Shown: piece by piece, positions 1-7,986 of the stretch | Numbering within the stretch: the first letter of the stretch is position 1 | Layout: every line of letters begins with the position of its first letter | Source of the DNA: a virus | Virus genome (UHGV): UHGV-0199485 | Length of the DNA stretch: 11,900 nucleotides | Strand: one strand, 5' to 3' | Program-made: the position numbers and the translations under genes | The notes under the pieces: generated by a model | Database searches by the model: none | What the model was told of the DNA's origin: nothing | Seen by the model: the letters and a program-made list of their open reading frames with translations, nothing else

Positions 1-1524
1 ATGAAACGTGTAATCAGCTACATCAGATTCAGTTCTGAGCGACAAGCCAAAGGCGACTCACTACGCAGACAGTCTAAGATGGTTAATGACTGGCTTAAGG
101 CTCATCCTGAGTACTACCTTGACCAAGATTTATCTTTTCGTGATTTAGGTGTGAGTGGATTCACTGGTAAGCACTTGAAAGGTGGCTTAGGTGACTTTTT
201 AACCGCTATCGAGAAAGGGCTTGTTAAAGCTGGTGATACGCTCTTGATAGAATCTCTTGACCGTCTCTCACGTCAGGATATTGATATTGCTTCTGAGCTA
301 TTACGTCGTATCTTAAGGGCTGGTGTCGATATAGTCACACTGAGCGATGGTGAACATTACACACGAGAAAGTTTAAAAGACCCGTTAGCTCTGATTAAGT
401 CCATCTTGATTATGCAAAGAGCACATGAAGAGAGTCTGCGTAAGGCTGAGCGTATACAAGCTGCATGGGATGCAAAGAAAGAAGCTGCTAAAGCTGGTAT
501 CAAGATTTCTAAGCGTTGTCCTGCATGGCTTAAGCTTAATGATGACCGTAAGACCTTCTCTGTGATACCTGAGAAGGTAGAAACTGTGAGGAGATGCTTT
601 CAATTACGGTTAGAGGGTAAGTCTATTTGGGAGATTGTCAGGGCTCTTAATGATGAAGGTCACCAGACACTTAACCAGTACAAAGCAGGTAAGTTTGGTC
701 AAACCTCAGTGCAAGACCTTCTGAAAAATCGCTCTGTAATTGGTTACTTCACACCTAAAGGCTGTGAGGAGATAGCTGGTTATTTCCCCCCTATCATCCC
801 TGAGACTGATTTCTACAAAGTCCAGCAACTATCATATTCTCGTTACGGTAGAAAACCTGCTTCAGATAAACCATTGAGTGTGAATCTCTTTAAAGGTGTT
901 ATCCGTTGTTCTGAATGTGGTCATGCTTTGATTATCACAGGCTTTAGCGATACAAGAAACGGGATTTATCGTTGTCCTCTTCGTAATGAAAACCGTTGTA
1001 GTGCTAAAGGACTTTCACGTAAGCAAACCGATGGTACATTGCTTGCCCTGCTATCCCGTATAGACCGATTTGATAGCGATATGACGAATACCATAGACAC
1101 ACTGAAGCTACACCGTGAACACATCTCAAGCAATATTGAAAAGCTGGTACAGCTATCACTTGAAATTGAAGACTTGTCCGCTATTACCAGCAAACTAAAA
1201 CAGTTAAAAGGTGAGCTATCACAGGTTAATGCGGATATCGAGAAGGAGACACAACGCCTTAAATCTATTGATGTTGGTTGTTTGTCTGATTGTGACTTGA
1301 CTACAAAGGCGGGAAGGATTGAAGCACAACTGATAATCAAAAGTGCTGTTAAAGAGGTCATTTTAAATACTGCTAAACGTCGCTGTAAAGTGACTTTTCA
1401 CAACGGTAAGGTAATTGACTTACCTATAACAGAAGACCCCTCAGAGAATGTTACAGAGGCTATACAGTCGCTTTCTGAAGTCACTGAGAGGGGTTTAATA
1501 GATGTTGATGAGGTTATCATATAG
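1..1524 (+). CDS. Large serine recombinase (integrase-type)
   Basis: 507-aa ORF starting at window base 1. N-terminus MKRVISYIRFSSERQ places the resolvase-fold catalytic serine about 10 residues from the start. A long C-terminal extension follows, with Cys pairs (CSECGH ... YRCPLRNENRC, zinc-ribbon-like) and a coiled-coil tail, which is the large serine recombinase architecture. RBS and promoter lie outside the window. Confidence 0.85.
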   Translation: MKRVISYIRFSSERQAKGDSLRRQSKMVNDWLKAHPEYYLDQDLSFRDLGVSGFTGKHLKGGLGDFLTAIEKGLVKAGDTLLIESLDRLSRQDIDIASELLRRILRAGVDIVTLSDGEHYTRESLKDPLALIKSILIMQRAHEESLRKAERIQAAWDAKKEAAKAGIKISKRCPAWLKLNDDRKTFSVIPEKVETVRRCFQLRLEGKSIWEIVRALNDEGHQTLNQYKAGKFGQTSVQDLLKNRSVIGYFTPKGCEEIAGYFPPIIPETDFYKVQQLSYSRYGRKPASDKPLSVNLFKGVIRCSECGHALIITGFSDTRNGIYRCPLRNENRCSAKGLSRKQTDGTLLALLSRIDRFDSDMTNTIDTLKLHREHISSNIEKLVQLSLEIEDLSAITSKLKQLKGELSQVNADIEKETQRLKSIDVGCLSDCDLTTKAGRIEAQLIIKSAVKEVILNTAKRRCKVTFHNGKVIDLPITEDPSENVTEAIQSLSEVTERGLIDVDEVII

Positions 1525-1538
1525 TTGAGCTTCTATCG

Positions 1539-2312
1539 TCAGTAGCGCTTGTTAGGATTAACAGACAGCCTCTTCAAAACATTACCTGCACCAGCATTAT
1601 TAAGCACTTTCGAAGCTTGCCCATTAGCGGCATCTGAGAAGGTGCTTTTTCCATTCTCAACTCTGACACTTTTACTACAATTGATACGGGCTTGAAGTTG
1701 CTCATTAGAAAGTTCACTCGCAGAGCGATTATATAGCTCCTGACACATCAACATACCATTACCTAAACTTGTCGTAGTGTTCCCAGTGTTCTTTTTACTG
1801 GTAGCACCACCATCATTCGTGGTAGCGGTCTTGCCAGTAGCAGATGAAATATCAGTTTGCCCTACAATGGCTTTGAAGTTAATTTCCTGAAAAGTTAACT
1901 GGATTCTCAGACCATTTGAAATACCAACATCTTTAGAGGCTTTAAAGCTCGTGATAATGGAATCATCAATTTTAATTCCGTCTTTACAGATGACTGAAAT
2001 AATCTGCTTCTGGTCACGCCAGCTTTCAAGAGTGTCGATGAAGTTTTCTACTAATTGCCCCTGACGAGTTAATAATAAGCTACCTTCATAGCCAACTACA
2101 ACGACACCACTAATAGTGATTGTTCTGGGTGCTCTTTGCACATTATCTGTGACGGTTTGCCCTGATTGCATGTTCTGTGTAGTAACCTGCATAGGGCTGT
2201 CAAATTCCATGTTTTCAGTAGCTGATAAGGTTAAGAAGGCATCTACATTGTCTCTTAAGTGGAAATAGATGCCGTCTTTGCCAGTGTAACGAAGCTGATT
2301 AGTGTAAATCAT
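1539..2312 (-). CDS. Putative phage tail protein directly downstream of the tape-measure gene (distal-tail-protein position)
   Basis: ORF track gives 264 aa from an in-frame TTG at 2333. The first ATG (2312-2310) is preceded by AAGGAG at 6-nt spacing, so a 257-aa product from 2312 is preferred. Beta-rich N-terminal half, then a Thr/Asn/Gly-rich linker. The functional call rests on gene order after the tape-measure gene, not on a recognised motif. Confidence 0.5.
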   Translation of the reverse strand: MIYTNQLRYTGKDGIYFHLRDNVDAFLTLSATENMEFDSPMQVTTQNMQSGQTVTDNVQRAPRTITISGVVVVGYEGSLLLTRQGQLVENFIDTLESWRDQKQIISVICKDGIKIDDSIITSFKASKDVGISNGLRIQLTFQEINFKAIVGQTDISSATGKTATTNDGGATSKKNTGNTTTSLGNGMLMCQELYNRSASELSNEQLQARINCSKSVRVENGKSTFSDAANGQASKVLNNAGAGNVLKRLSVNPNKRY

Positions 2313-2388
2313 TAAATTCTCCTTTGATTTCAAAGACTTAGTGCATTTTAATCATTTTTAACCAAGCCTTTGATATTTAAGTGTTTTA

Positions 2389-2458
2389 TCTGTTAAGCGT
2401 GAGCTACGTGAAAAATAATTTTTGGTGGGTATATCTGTTCAGGAGATTTCACGTAGCA
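2389..2458. repeat. Copy A of a 70-bp conserved dyad element (candidate activator-dependent promoter or recombination-type site)
   Basis: tctgttaagcgtgag-CTACGTGAAA-33 bp-TTTCACGTAG-ca. 68/70 identical to copy B (4534-4603). The 10-bp inverted-repeat arms are at 2404-2413 and 2447-2456. It lies between the tape-measure stop (2470) and the start of the next leftward gene (2312). Confidence 0.8.
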
Positions 2459-2469
2459 TTCGACTATTA

Positions 2470-4518
2470 TCAATCATCTTCTGGGAATGATGAACTTAAT
2501 AGCGTAGCTTCTGCGTATTGGTCGTAGATATTACTGCTAAAGGTCATAAAGCTGGTTTCATCTGGTTTAATGGCAACTTCACCACCAAGTGAAACTTTCA
2601 CAGGCTCCTGAATACGTTTGCTCAAAGCACTAATTTCATCTCTCAGGCTTTGGATATCCGTATTCGTTAATGCCGCATCTTGTCTCATGGTGATTAATTC
2701 TGGATGCTGGAAGTTAGCAAGATTCATAGCTGCACTATTAAACCAACCTTTCACATCGTCCATAGTAAATACTGGCTTAAGTCCAGATTCTTTAGCTAAC
2801 TCTGGTAATTTAGCTTGTGCTTCCATTCGTTCAGGTGTAGAGGCTAATCTTTCATAACCTGCATAGAGAGCGCTACCAGCTAATAGCATATTCCCAAGAT
2901 TCAGTCTTGATGGTTTCCCATTCTTTCTATTCACGTTATCCGCTGTAGTATCAGCAACCTGACCTAATCTTGTGATAGCAGTCATAAGCCCGTAAATACT
3001 TCTGGTTACACCAACAACTTTATTTACAGCAATAACACCAGCCAAGACTTTTAAACTATTAATCAAGCCAGAACCTAAAGCATCAACAACTTTCTTTTGT
3101 TCATCGGTTAAACCACGGTAAGCTAATGTCACCTCATCGAAGAACGCTCTTACCCTGTAACTGATATCAGTCAGGCTATCCACACCACTTGACATATCAG
3201 TCATCAAGCTACCAAGAGATTCACCAAGACTTTTACCGCTTCCACCTAAACTGTTTAAAAGCGTTGTTAAGCTTCGTGTGAAATCTTGCAGACCATTTTC
3301 AGAACCTCTGAAAATATCCGTTAATGAATTGTTCCAAGTATTCTTTAAGTTCCCTAACATTGTCTGCGTAGAGTCCTGAATAGCTTTCCAGCCACCTCTT
3401 GAATTAATCTGTGAACCAAGTTCTTTAGCAAACTTAGGGAGTGCATCAGAGGCTTTAACATCACCATTTTTCATCTTATCGAAAAGCTGTTTTTCAGTCA
3501 GACCTAAAGCCTTTGCAAATGCCTGAGTAGCACCCGGTAAAGCTTCAGATAGTTGCCCCTTAAGCTCTTCAGCCATCACCTGACCCTTAGAAGCCATCTG
3601 CGATACTGCGGTTAATGCTCTTTGAATCTGCTCATCTGAACGACCCATTAAACGAGCATATCCAGTTAAGTTTTTAAATAACTCTTCTGCCCCTTCAAGA
3701 CCCATCGTGTTCTTTGCAGATGCACCAAATGAAGCAAATTGCGCCTGTGTTTCGGTTGTGTCCATACCAGTAATTTGAGTTAAATCTTGAATGAACTTTT
3801 TGACCTGTGTACTTTGGTCACCGAATACGAAATCAATACTTCTTTCCGATGATGCACGTTGAAGGCCAACTTCCATAATCTTCTGATAAGCGGATAGTAC
3901 AGCCTGAAAGCTGATAAATGCACCTGCTGTTTTAACTGCTGCTGAACTCAAACTATCAAGACTATTAGCTGCTTTGTCACCGTTAATGCTGGTGGATGTA
4001 TGACCTCTGGCTTTAGCAATTGCTTCTCGTACACTTGAATTTAGTTTAGCAAGGGCTTCATTGAATTTTGAATTATCCATTGACCCAGCTTTAGCAGATA
4101 GCCCGTAAAACTGAGATTTGATGTATTTCTGCAAAATAGGGTCAAAGCCTTTTAACTTGCTCATGTTAGCCTGATAAGCTGCTCTTACTGCTCTATCACC
4201 TGTAACCCTTCTTGGCCTCGATTGTCTTGGCGGATTAATAACGTCATTAACCTGACTTGTGAAACGGAAAGCTTTAGTATTTTTTGCTCTAGCTTCCAGA
4301 CGGTCAAAAGTCTTATTAATTTTTCCTTCCATTGACTTCAAAGAAGCCGTTAAATTGCTGTCAAGTTTCTTGGTATCGACCTTAAACGCCCTATTCAAAT
4401 TACGTTCAATTCTTTGTGCTGACTGCAAAGCTGCCTTTTCAACTCTTTGCAAGCCCTTAACAACGTTCTCGCTGAAGCCTAGCTCAACGATAAAACTATC
4501 AACTGTGAATTTGCTCAT
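2470..4518 (-). CDS. Phage tail tape measure protein
   Basis: 682-aa ORF. The central segment ...SDEQIQRALTAVSQMASKGQVMAEELKGQLSEALPGATQAFAKALGLTEKQLFDKMKNGDV... fits the conserved tape-measure domain pattern. Helical N-terminal region and Gly/Ser-rich stretches are also typical. GAGGTGA lies about 10 nt upstream of the ATG. Confidence 0.75.
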   Translation of the reverse strand: MSKFTVDSFIVELGFSENVVKGLQRVEKAALQSAQRIERNLNRAFKVDTKKLDSNLTASLKSMEGKINKTFDRLEARAKNTKAFRFTSQVNDVINPPRQSRPRRVTGDRAVRAAYQANMSKLKGFDPILQKYIKSQFYGLSAKAGSMDNSKFNEALAKLNSSVREAIAKARGHTSTSINGDKAANSLDSLSSAAVKTAGAFISFQAVLSAYQKIMEVGLQRASSERSIDFVFGDQSTQVKKFIQDLTQITGMDTTETQAQFASFGASAKNTMGLEGAEELFKNLTGYARLMGRSDEQIQRALTAVSQMASKGQVMAEELKGQLSEALPGATQAFAKALGLTEKQLFDKMKNGDVKASDALPKFAKELGSQINSRGGWKAIQDSTQTMLGNLKNTWNNSLTDIFRGSENGLQDFTRSLTTLLNSLGGSGKSLGESLGSLMTDMSSGVDSLTDISYRVRAFFDEVTLAYRGLTDEQKKVVDALGSGLINSLKVLAGVIAVNKVVGVTRSIYGLMTAITRLGQVADTTADNVNRKNGKPSRLNLGNMLLAGSALYAGYERLASTPERMEAQAKLPELAKESGLKPVFTMDDVKGWFNSAAMNLANFQHPELITMRQDAALTNTDIQSLRDEISALSKRIQEPVKVSLGGEVAIKPDETSFMTFSSNIYDQYAEATLLSSSFPEDD

Positions 4519-4533
4519 TGTTCATATTTCACC

Positions 4534-4603
4534 TCTGTTAAGCGTGAGCTACGTAAAAAATAATTTTTGGTGGGTATATCTGTTCAGAAGATTTCACGTA
4601 GCA
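4534..4603. repeat. Copy B of the 70-bp conserved dyad element
   Basis: Same sequence as copy A with two substitutions (left arm CTACGTAAAA; core CAGAAGA vs CAGGAGA). It ends 15 bp upstream of the tape-measure ATG and directly follows a terminator-like hairpin. Confidence 0.8.
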
Positions 4604-4610
4604 CACATAC

Positions 4611-4653
4611 AAAAAAGGGAGAAACTACCGAATAATATCGATAATCTCTCCCC
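4611..4653 (-). terminator. Candidate rho-independent terminator for the 234-aa/71-aa transcription unit
   Basis: On the minus strand a 6-bp GC-rich stem (4617-4622 pairing with 4647-4652, GGGAGA/TCTCCC) with a 24-nt loop is followed by U6 (complement of A6 at 4611-4616). It sits about 50 nt after the 71-aa gene stop. The large loop weakens the call. Confidence 0.45.
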
Positions 4654-4701
4654 GTGTTATAGATTCGATAGAACCTATCTCATACACCCAACCAATCTTT
4701 T

Positions 4702-4917
4702 TTAATGCCTGACAAGATAATGTAATTCCGTTTCACCTATGATTTGAGCATCAGAAGGGATACGGTCAATACACCATTTTGGAATCTTGCGTGTTTTTGG
4801 TTTGTGTGAGGTGATAATTTGATGTTTGGTTTTAATTCTTAAGGCTGGCTTAGTTTGTAACTTTAAGTTTTCACAAACAGACTTAATAGTTTCATAGCGT
4901 TCTGTTAAATCAATCAT
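4702..4917 (-). CDS. Hypothetical small basic protein (71 aa)
   Basis: GAGGTG lies 4-5 nt upstream of the ATG. A 22-nt gap after the preceding gene suggests co-transcription. Lys/Arg-rich; no recognisable motif. Confidence 0.45.
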   Translation of the reverse strand: MIDLTERYETIKSVCENLKLQTKPALRIKTKHQIITSHKPKTRKIPKWCIDRIPSDAQIIGETELHYLVRH

Positions 4918-4939
4918 TCATCACCTCACATATGCATAA

Positions 4940-5644
4940 TTAAACAGCCTTGCTAAATTCTCGTGGAACACTCAGAAAATCATTGAAGCTGATAATCTGT
5001 GCCAACTCTTGACGGTACTCCTTAGCCAGCGCTTGATGGTCACTAATCAGCTTAGCCAGTCTTGATTTCAGCAAATTAATCTCATTTTCTCTTGCTTTCA
5101 TCAGTTTCTCTTTGGCAATTTCTTCAAGCTCAGCTTGTGATTTATCAGCAACAATTAGAGACAGTTGATGTGGCGCTCTGATGGCCCTTTCCGTACGAAT
5201 AACCCTTTGACCTTCTGGTAAATCTGCAATCACTTTACCAATCTCTACAGGGTCATACCCCCAACCGTCACGGTCTAGTCGAGAGAAATAAGCATAAGAA
5301 TTGGTTTGAAGCTCCATCAAAATAGCCATTTCGTCGATTTCGTCTTCAAGCTTGGACTGAATTTTCTCGTAAACACTTCTCATTGCTTCTTGAGAGTCTT
5401 TAATAGCTTGGAAATATCGGCGTTGCAGCTTCAGTTTCAAATCAAGCTCACATTCCTCATTCATCGAAAAATCAATTTCAACTCTTGGAATCTCGAGTGG
5501 TTCTGGTGGAATATATGGACCTTTATTTACTTCGTGTGATTCCCGCCAAGCTCTATCAAAAGATTCACGCAAACTTAATTCGTGAATATCAAGTGCACTT
5601 GGTTTGTTTTCGATAATCATTTCATGTTCATCACGGATAGACAT
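4940..5644 (-). CDS. Hypothetical acidic, predicted helical/coiled-coil protein (234 aa)
   Basis: AGAGGA lies about 9 nt upstream of the ATG. Glu-rich, with a C-terminal heptad-like segment (ELEEIAKEKLMKARENEINLLKSRLAKLISDHQALAKEYRQELAQI). No catalytic motif recognised. Confidence 0.6.
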   Translation of the reverse strand: MSIRDEHEMIIENKPSALDIHELSLRESFDRAWRESHEVNKGPYIPPEPLEIPRVEIDFSMNEECELDLKLKLQRRYFQAIKDSQEAMRSVYEKIQSKLEDEIDEMAILMELQTNSYAYFSRLDRDGWGYDPVEIGKVIADLPEGQRVIRTERAIRAPHQLSLIVADKSQAELEEIAKEKLMKARENEINLLKSRLAKLISDHQALAKEYRQELAQIISFNDFLSVPREFSKAV

Positions 5645-5676
5645 TATTATTTTTCCTCTTCTAAGATAATTTATGT

Positions 5677-5762
5677 TTCAGTTTTTAAAAAGCACACCTG
5701 ACAGCCTACGAACTTAGAAGAGACTTAAAAGCGTTTGCCAAGTGTGCTTTTTAAAAACTGAA
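5677..5762. promoter_or_regulatory. Perfect 21-bp inverted repeat separated by 44 bp (hairpin or operator candidate)
   Basis: TTCAGTTTTTAAAAAGCACAC (5677-5697) and its exact reverse complement GTGTGCTTTTTAAAAACTGAA (5742-5762). It lies about 30 nt upstream of the 234-aa gene start codon, inside the predicted leader. Confidence 0.5.
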
Positions 5763-6010
5763 TAGCCCTAGATAATTTCTTATAAAGGGCCATTCATAAG
5801 GTGAAGAAATTAAAAGAACATCTAAAGGATTCAAATGAATGAACAAAGATTTTTGATATGGCCTATTTAGTGTGGGCTAAATAAGCCATGACGAAAAGCA
5901 TTGCACCTTTCAGAATAACTATCCCTAGATGTAGATGGAATTGTTGAAAGAAATAAGAGAGAATTGCTCTCCCTATAGACTTCGGATAGAAGACTATCCT
6001 CATATATACA

Positions 6011-6039
6011 ATTATGTCATGCTCAAGGTTATTTGTCAA
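6011..6039 (-). promoter_or_regulatory. Candidate sigma70-type promoter reading leftward toward the 234-aa gene
   Basis: Minus strand TTGACA (6039-6034), 17-bp spacer, CATAAT (6016-6011). Confidence 0.35.
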
Positions 6040-6140
6040 CAGCTTTTTAACAGATTGGTAACATCAATTCTTATTTACTGTGTTACCTGCCAAGCAACCA
6101 ACAAATAAACCCAAAACTGTCCATAATACAATTAACGTCA

Positions 6141-6464
6141 TTAGTGAACCCTCATAGAATCCGCAACCAAAATATTGTCAGCGTACAGGATTGTCACAGC
6201 ACCTTTCAGAAATTGCTCTGGGGAAATATCGTATTTGTTCGTTTGCTCGATAACAAGCCTTTTCATGCTTGAGTCGCTAACGGGAAACATAAAACGTGGT
6301 TCACCAGTTTCAATCCCCTGAATAAAATCTTCAATTGCTTCTGAGTTTTCAGCCATCAGTTTCAACAGCCTGTCAAAGTCAATTGACACACCGGAATCAG
6401 TGAAAGCCTGTACCATCATGGCGGTGTCGGTATCAATAAAAATCTGTAATGGAAAGTTGTTCAT
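6141..6464 (-). CDS. Hypothetical acidic protein (107 aa)
   Basis: AGAGGA lies about 9 nt upstream of the ATG. A 15-bp palindrome AGATAG-ttt-CTATCT (6483-6497) sits immediately upstream of the RBS. No recognisable motif. Confidence 0.55.
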   Translation of the reverse strand: MNNFPLQIFIDTDTAMMVQAFTDSGVSIDFDRLLKLMAENSEAIEDFIQGIETGEPRFMFPVSDSSMKRLVIEQTNKYDISPEQFLKGAVTILYADNILVADSMRVH

Positions 6465-6651
6465 TTCTTAAAATCCTCTATGAGATAGTTTCTATCTAAT
6501 CCTATAAAACACATCTCAGACCTGCCAAAATAGCCATTCTGAGGCCAATAACCATGCGGGTTACAGAGGGAGTTGCACTGGCTGGTAAGGTAATTTATCA
6601 AATTAAGGTGCAACTCTGCCTGTAAAGTGCATTCTACCGTTACTTAGATGG

Positions 6652-7077
6652 TTATTTTGAATTGTCTTTATTAATCAATGATTTAACGTAGAAATACTGC
6701 CTCCGTGAAATACCATATTTTTCTGTGATGTATCGCTGAGATTGACCAGCATTTATGGCCTGAGTGATATCATCACGGTTATAGCGGTTACCACGGGATT
6801 TATATTTGTCACCATCCACATCTTCTGATGTATTGAAGTCTTCAATCAGCTTAATTGCATCGTGAAGGTCATCTTCTGAGGCATAATCGAAGGTATGGAT
6901 AATCTCAAAATCACCAGTATCTGCTGGTGCATTCTTCCATCTGGAGAAGCGGGATTTTAATTGCTGGTGTGTGAAAGGTTCAGCATTACGAGTTAAATCT
7001 TTCCATGTTCCGCTATTCTCACGGACAAGGTGGCCTCTATGGCGATAAAACGCATGATAATCAAATGTGCATAGCAT
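6652..7077 (-). CDS. Putative transcriptional regulator with C-terminal helix-turn-helix (Mor/C-like or resolvase-HTH-like)
   Basis: C-terminal segment RDDITQAINAGQSQRYITEKYGISRRQYFYV fits a DNA-binding HTH. The start codon overlaps the stop of the upstream gene (TAATG, 7075-7079), implying translational coupling. Confidence 0.55.
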   Translation of the reverse strand: MLCTFDYHAFYRHRGHLVRENSGTWKDLTRNAEPFTHQQLKSRFSRWKNAPADTGDFEIIHTFDYASEDDLHDAIKLIEDFNTSEDVDGDKYKSRGNRYNRDDITQAINAGQSQRYITEKYGISRRQYFYVKSLINKDNSK

Positions 7078-7367
7078 TAAACCCCCAGCCTATCCGCTAA
7101 TTGATGGACCTTTGCGCTTAACACCTGAATCATTGAGCAACCTGCTACTGCGGACTGTGCTTTGAGTAGTTCCAGTTGGTCCGTTGTGATTCTGATGGCC
7201 TTAGAACCCTCTGCAACACCCTTAACATTATCAAAAGGGGTAAGGGTTACCGGCTCTTTTAGAAGCTCTCCAACAAGCGCCGTATGCTTCATATCAGGGT
7301 ATTTGGCTTTGATTGCTGCCAGTCGTTCAAATGCCTCTGGCAAAAGGCGCGTAACTGTGTGAGTCAT
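7077..7367 (-). CDS. Ribbon-helix-helix-type DNA-binding protein (96 aa)
   Basis: AAGGAG lies 8 nt upstream of the ATG. C-terminal half KAIRITTDQLELLKAQSAVAGCSMIQVLSAKVHQLAD fits the beta-strand / helix / G-x-S turn / helix pattern of RHH repressors; the N-terminal half is RHH-like but less canonical. First gene downstream of the leftward promoter. Confidence 0.5.
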   Translation of the reverse strand: MTHTVTRLLPEAFERLAAIKAKYPDMKHTALVGELLKEPVTLTPFDNVKGVAEGSKAIRITTDQLELLKAQSAVAGCSMIQVLSAKVHQLADRLGV

Positions 7368-7402
7368 TGTAAAATCTCCTTAAATCTCTTACTCATACTA
7401 CA

Positions 7403-7453
7403 ATCTTAACATTTATTTAACATGTTGTCAACATCTCATTTACATGATATTAT
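7403..7453. promoter_or_regulatory. Divergent back-to-back promoters sharing a 13-bp palindromic operator
   Basis: Leftward: TTGACA (7431-7426), 17 bp, TAAGAT (7408-7403). Rightward: TTGTCA (7425-7430), 17 bp, TATTAT (7448-7453). The two -35 hexamers overlap inside the palindrome ATGTTG-t-CAACAT (7422-7434). Confidence 0.5.
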
Positions 7454-7503
7454 GGTTATAGGGGCTGATACAGGTGCTGTTTCCTTTCACAAAAGGAAAA
7501 TTA

Positions 7504-7680
7504 ATGCATGATTTTTTCACAGCAATTATTGAATCTCATCGTTTTAGCTCGTTGGGCTTTGCGGTATTTATTGTGCTATTGGTGTTTTGCGTTATGAATC
7601 GAGTCATTACAAAAAAGACAAAGCTTACAATTCGACTTAAACTTCTTCGTGTTGAGATAGAGATTTCAGTAAATAAATAG
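7504..7680 (+). CDS. Small predicted membrane protein (58 aa)
   Basis: ATG at 7504 is preceded by AAGGA at 6-nt spacing; the ORF track starts at an in-frame GTG at 7474. One hydrophobic segment (LGFAVFIVLLVFCVM) is followed by a basic tail. It is the only gene downstream of the rightward promoter. Confidence 0.4.
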   Translation: MHDFFTAIIESHRFSSLGFAVFIVLLVFCVMNRVITKKTKLTIRLKLLRVEIEISVNK

Positions 7681-7689
7681 CTGGTGGCC

Positions 7690-7986
7690 TTACCGGCACT
7701 TTCCCTTGATAATATTGGTGGCCCTCAGATTACCGGGGTCACCGTCTTTTAATCGTAGCTGGTGGACTGAATCCCAGATATCATAATGATACAGCACTGC
7801 AAACCTCAAAGCGTCAATCTTTAAATCTGTCACACCATCAAAAAAGAAATAATTCTTTCCTTCCTTCTTCGGTCGAATCCGGTAAACCTCCCCATGAGTA
7901 TCTTTCAGAAGATGACCTTCACGAGAAATGCTGTAGCGCCTTAATAGATAATCTTTGTATCGTTTTTCACCGTTATATTCTCTCAT
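7690..7986 (-). CDS. Hypothetical 98-aa protein translationally coupled to the replication initiator (weak HNH-like motif)
   Basis: Its ATG overlaps the rep stop (ATGA, 7983-7986) and GGAGGT lies 5 nt upstream. C-terminal VHQLRLKDGDPGNLRATN loosely resembles an HNH-type motif but lacks the canonical residue pair, so a nuclease assignment is tentative. Confidence 0.5.
   Translation of the reverse strand: MREYNGEKRYKDYLLRRYSISREGHLLKDTHGEVYRIRPKKEGKNYFFFDGVTDLKIDALRFAVLYHYDIWDSVHQLRLKDGDPGNLRATNIIKGKCR

Noticed and set aside
385-1361. Two minus-strand ORFs (385-603, 966-1361) inside the large serine recombinase gene
   Set aside because: They lie entirely antisense within a well-supported 507-aa gene, have low-complexity Ser/Leu/Cys-rich translations and no RBS.
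2389-2458. Conventional sigma70 promoter inside dyad element copies A and B
   Set aside because: Read in the direction of the downstream genes, the elements contain no acceptable -35/-10 pair at 16-19 bp spacing. If they are promoters they probably need an activator or an alternative polymerase or sigma factor.
2618-4705. Plus-strand ORFs 2618-2857 and 4259-4705 overlapping the tape-measure gene
   Set aside because: They are antisense to a gene with a clear tape-measure domain. The second runs through element copy B and the terminator hairpin, so it is most likely a chance open frame.
5306-5539. Plus-strand 77-aa ORF inside the 234-aa gene
   Set aside because: Antisense overlap with the better-supported gene; hydrophobic low-complexity translation; no RBS.
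7162-7362. Plus-strand 66-aa ORF inside the RHH gene
   Set aside because: Entirely antisense to the 96-aa gene, which has a strong RBS and a recognisable fold pattern.
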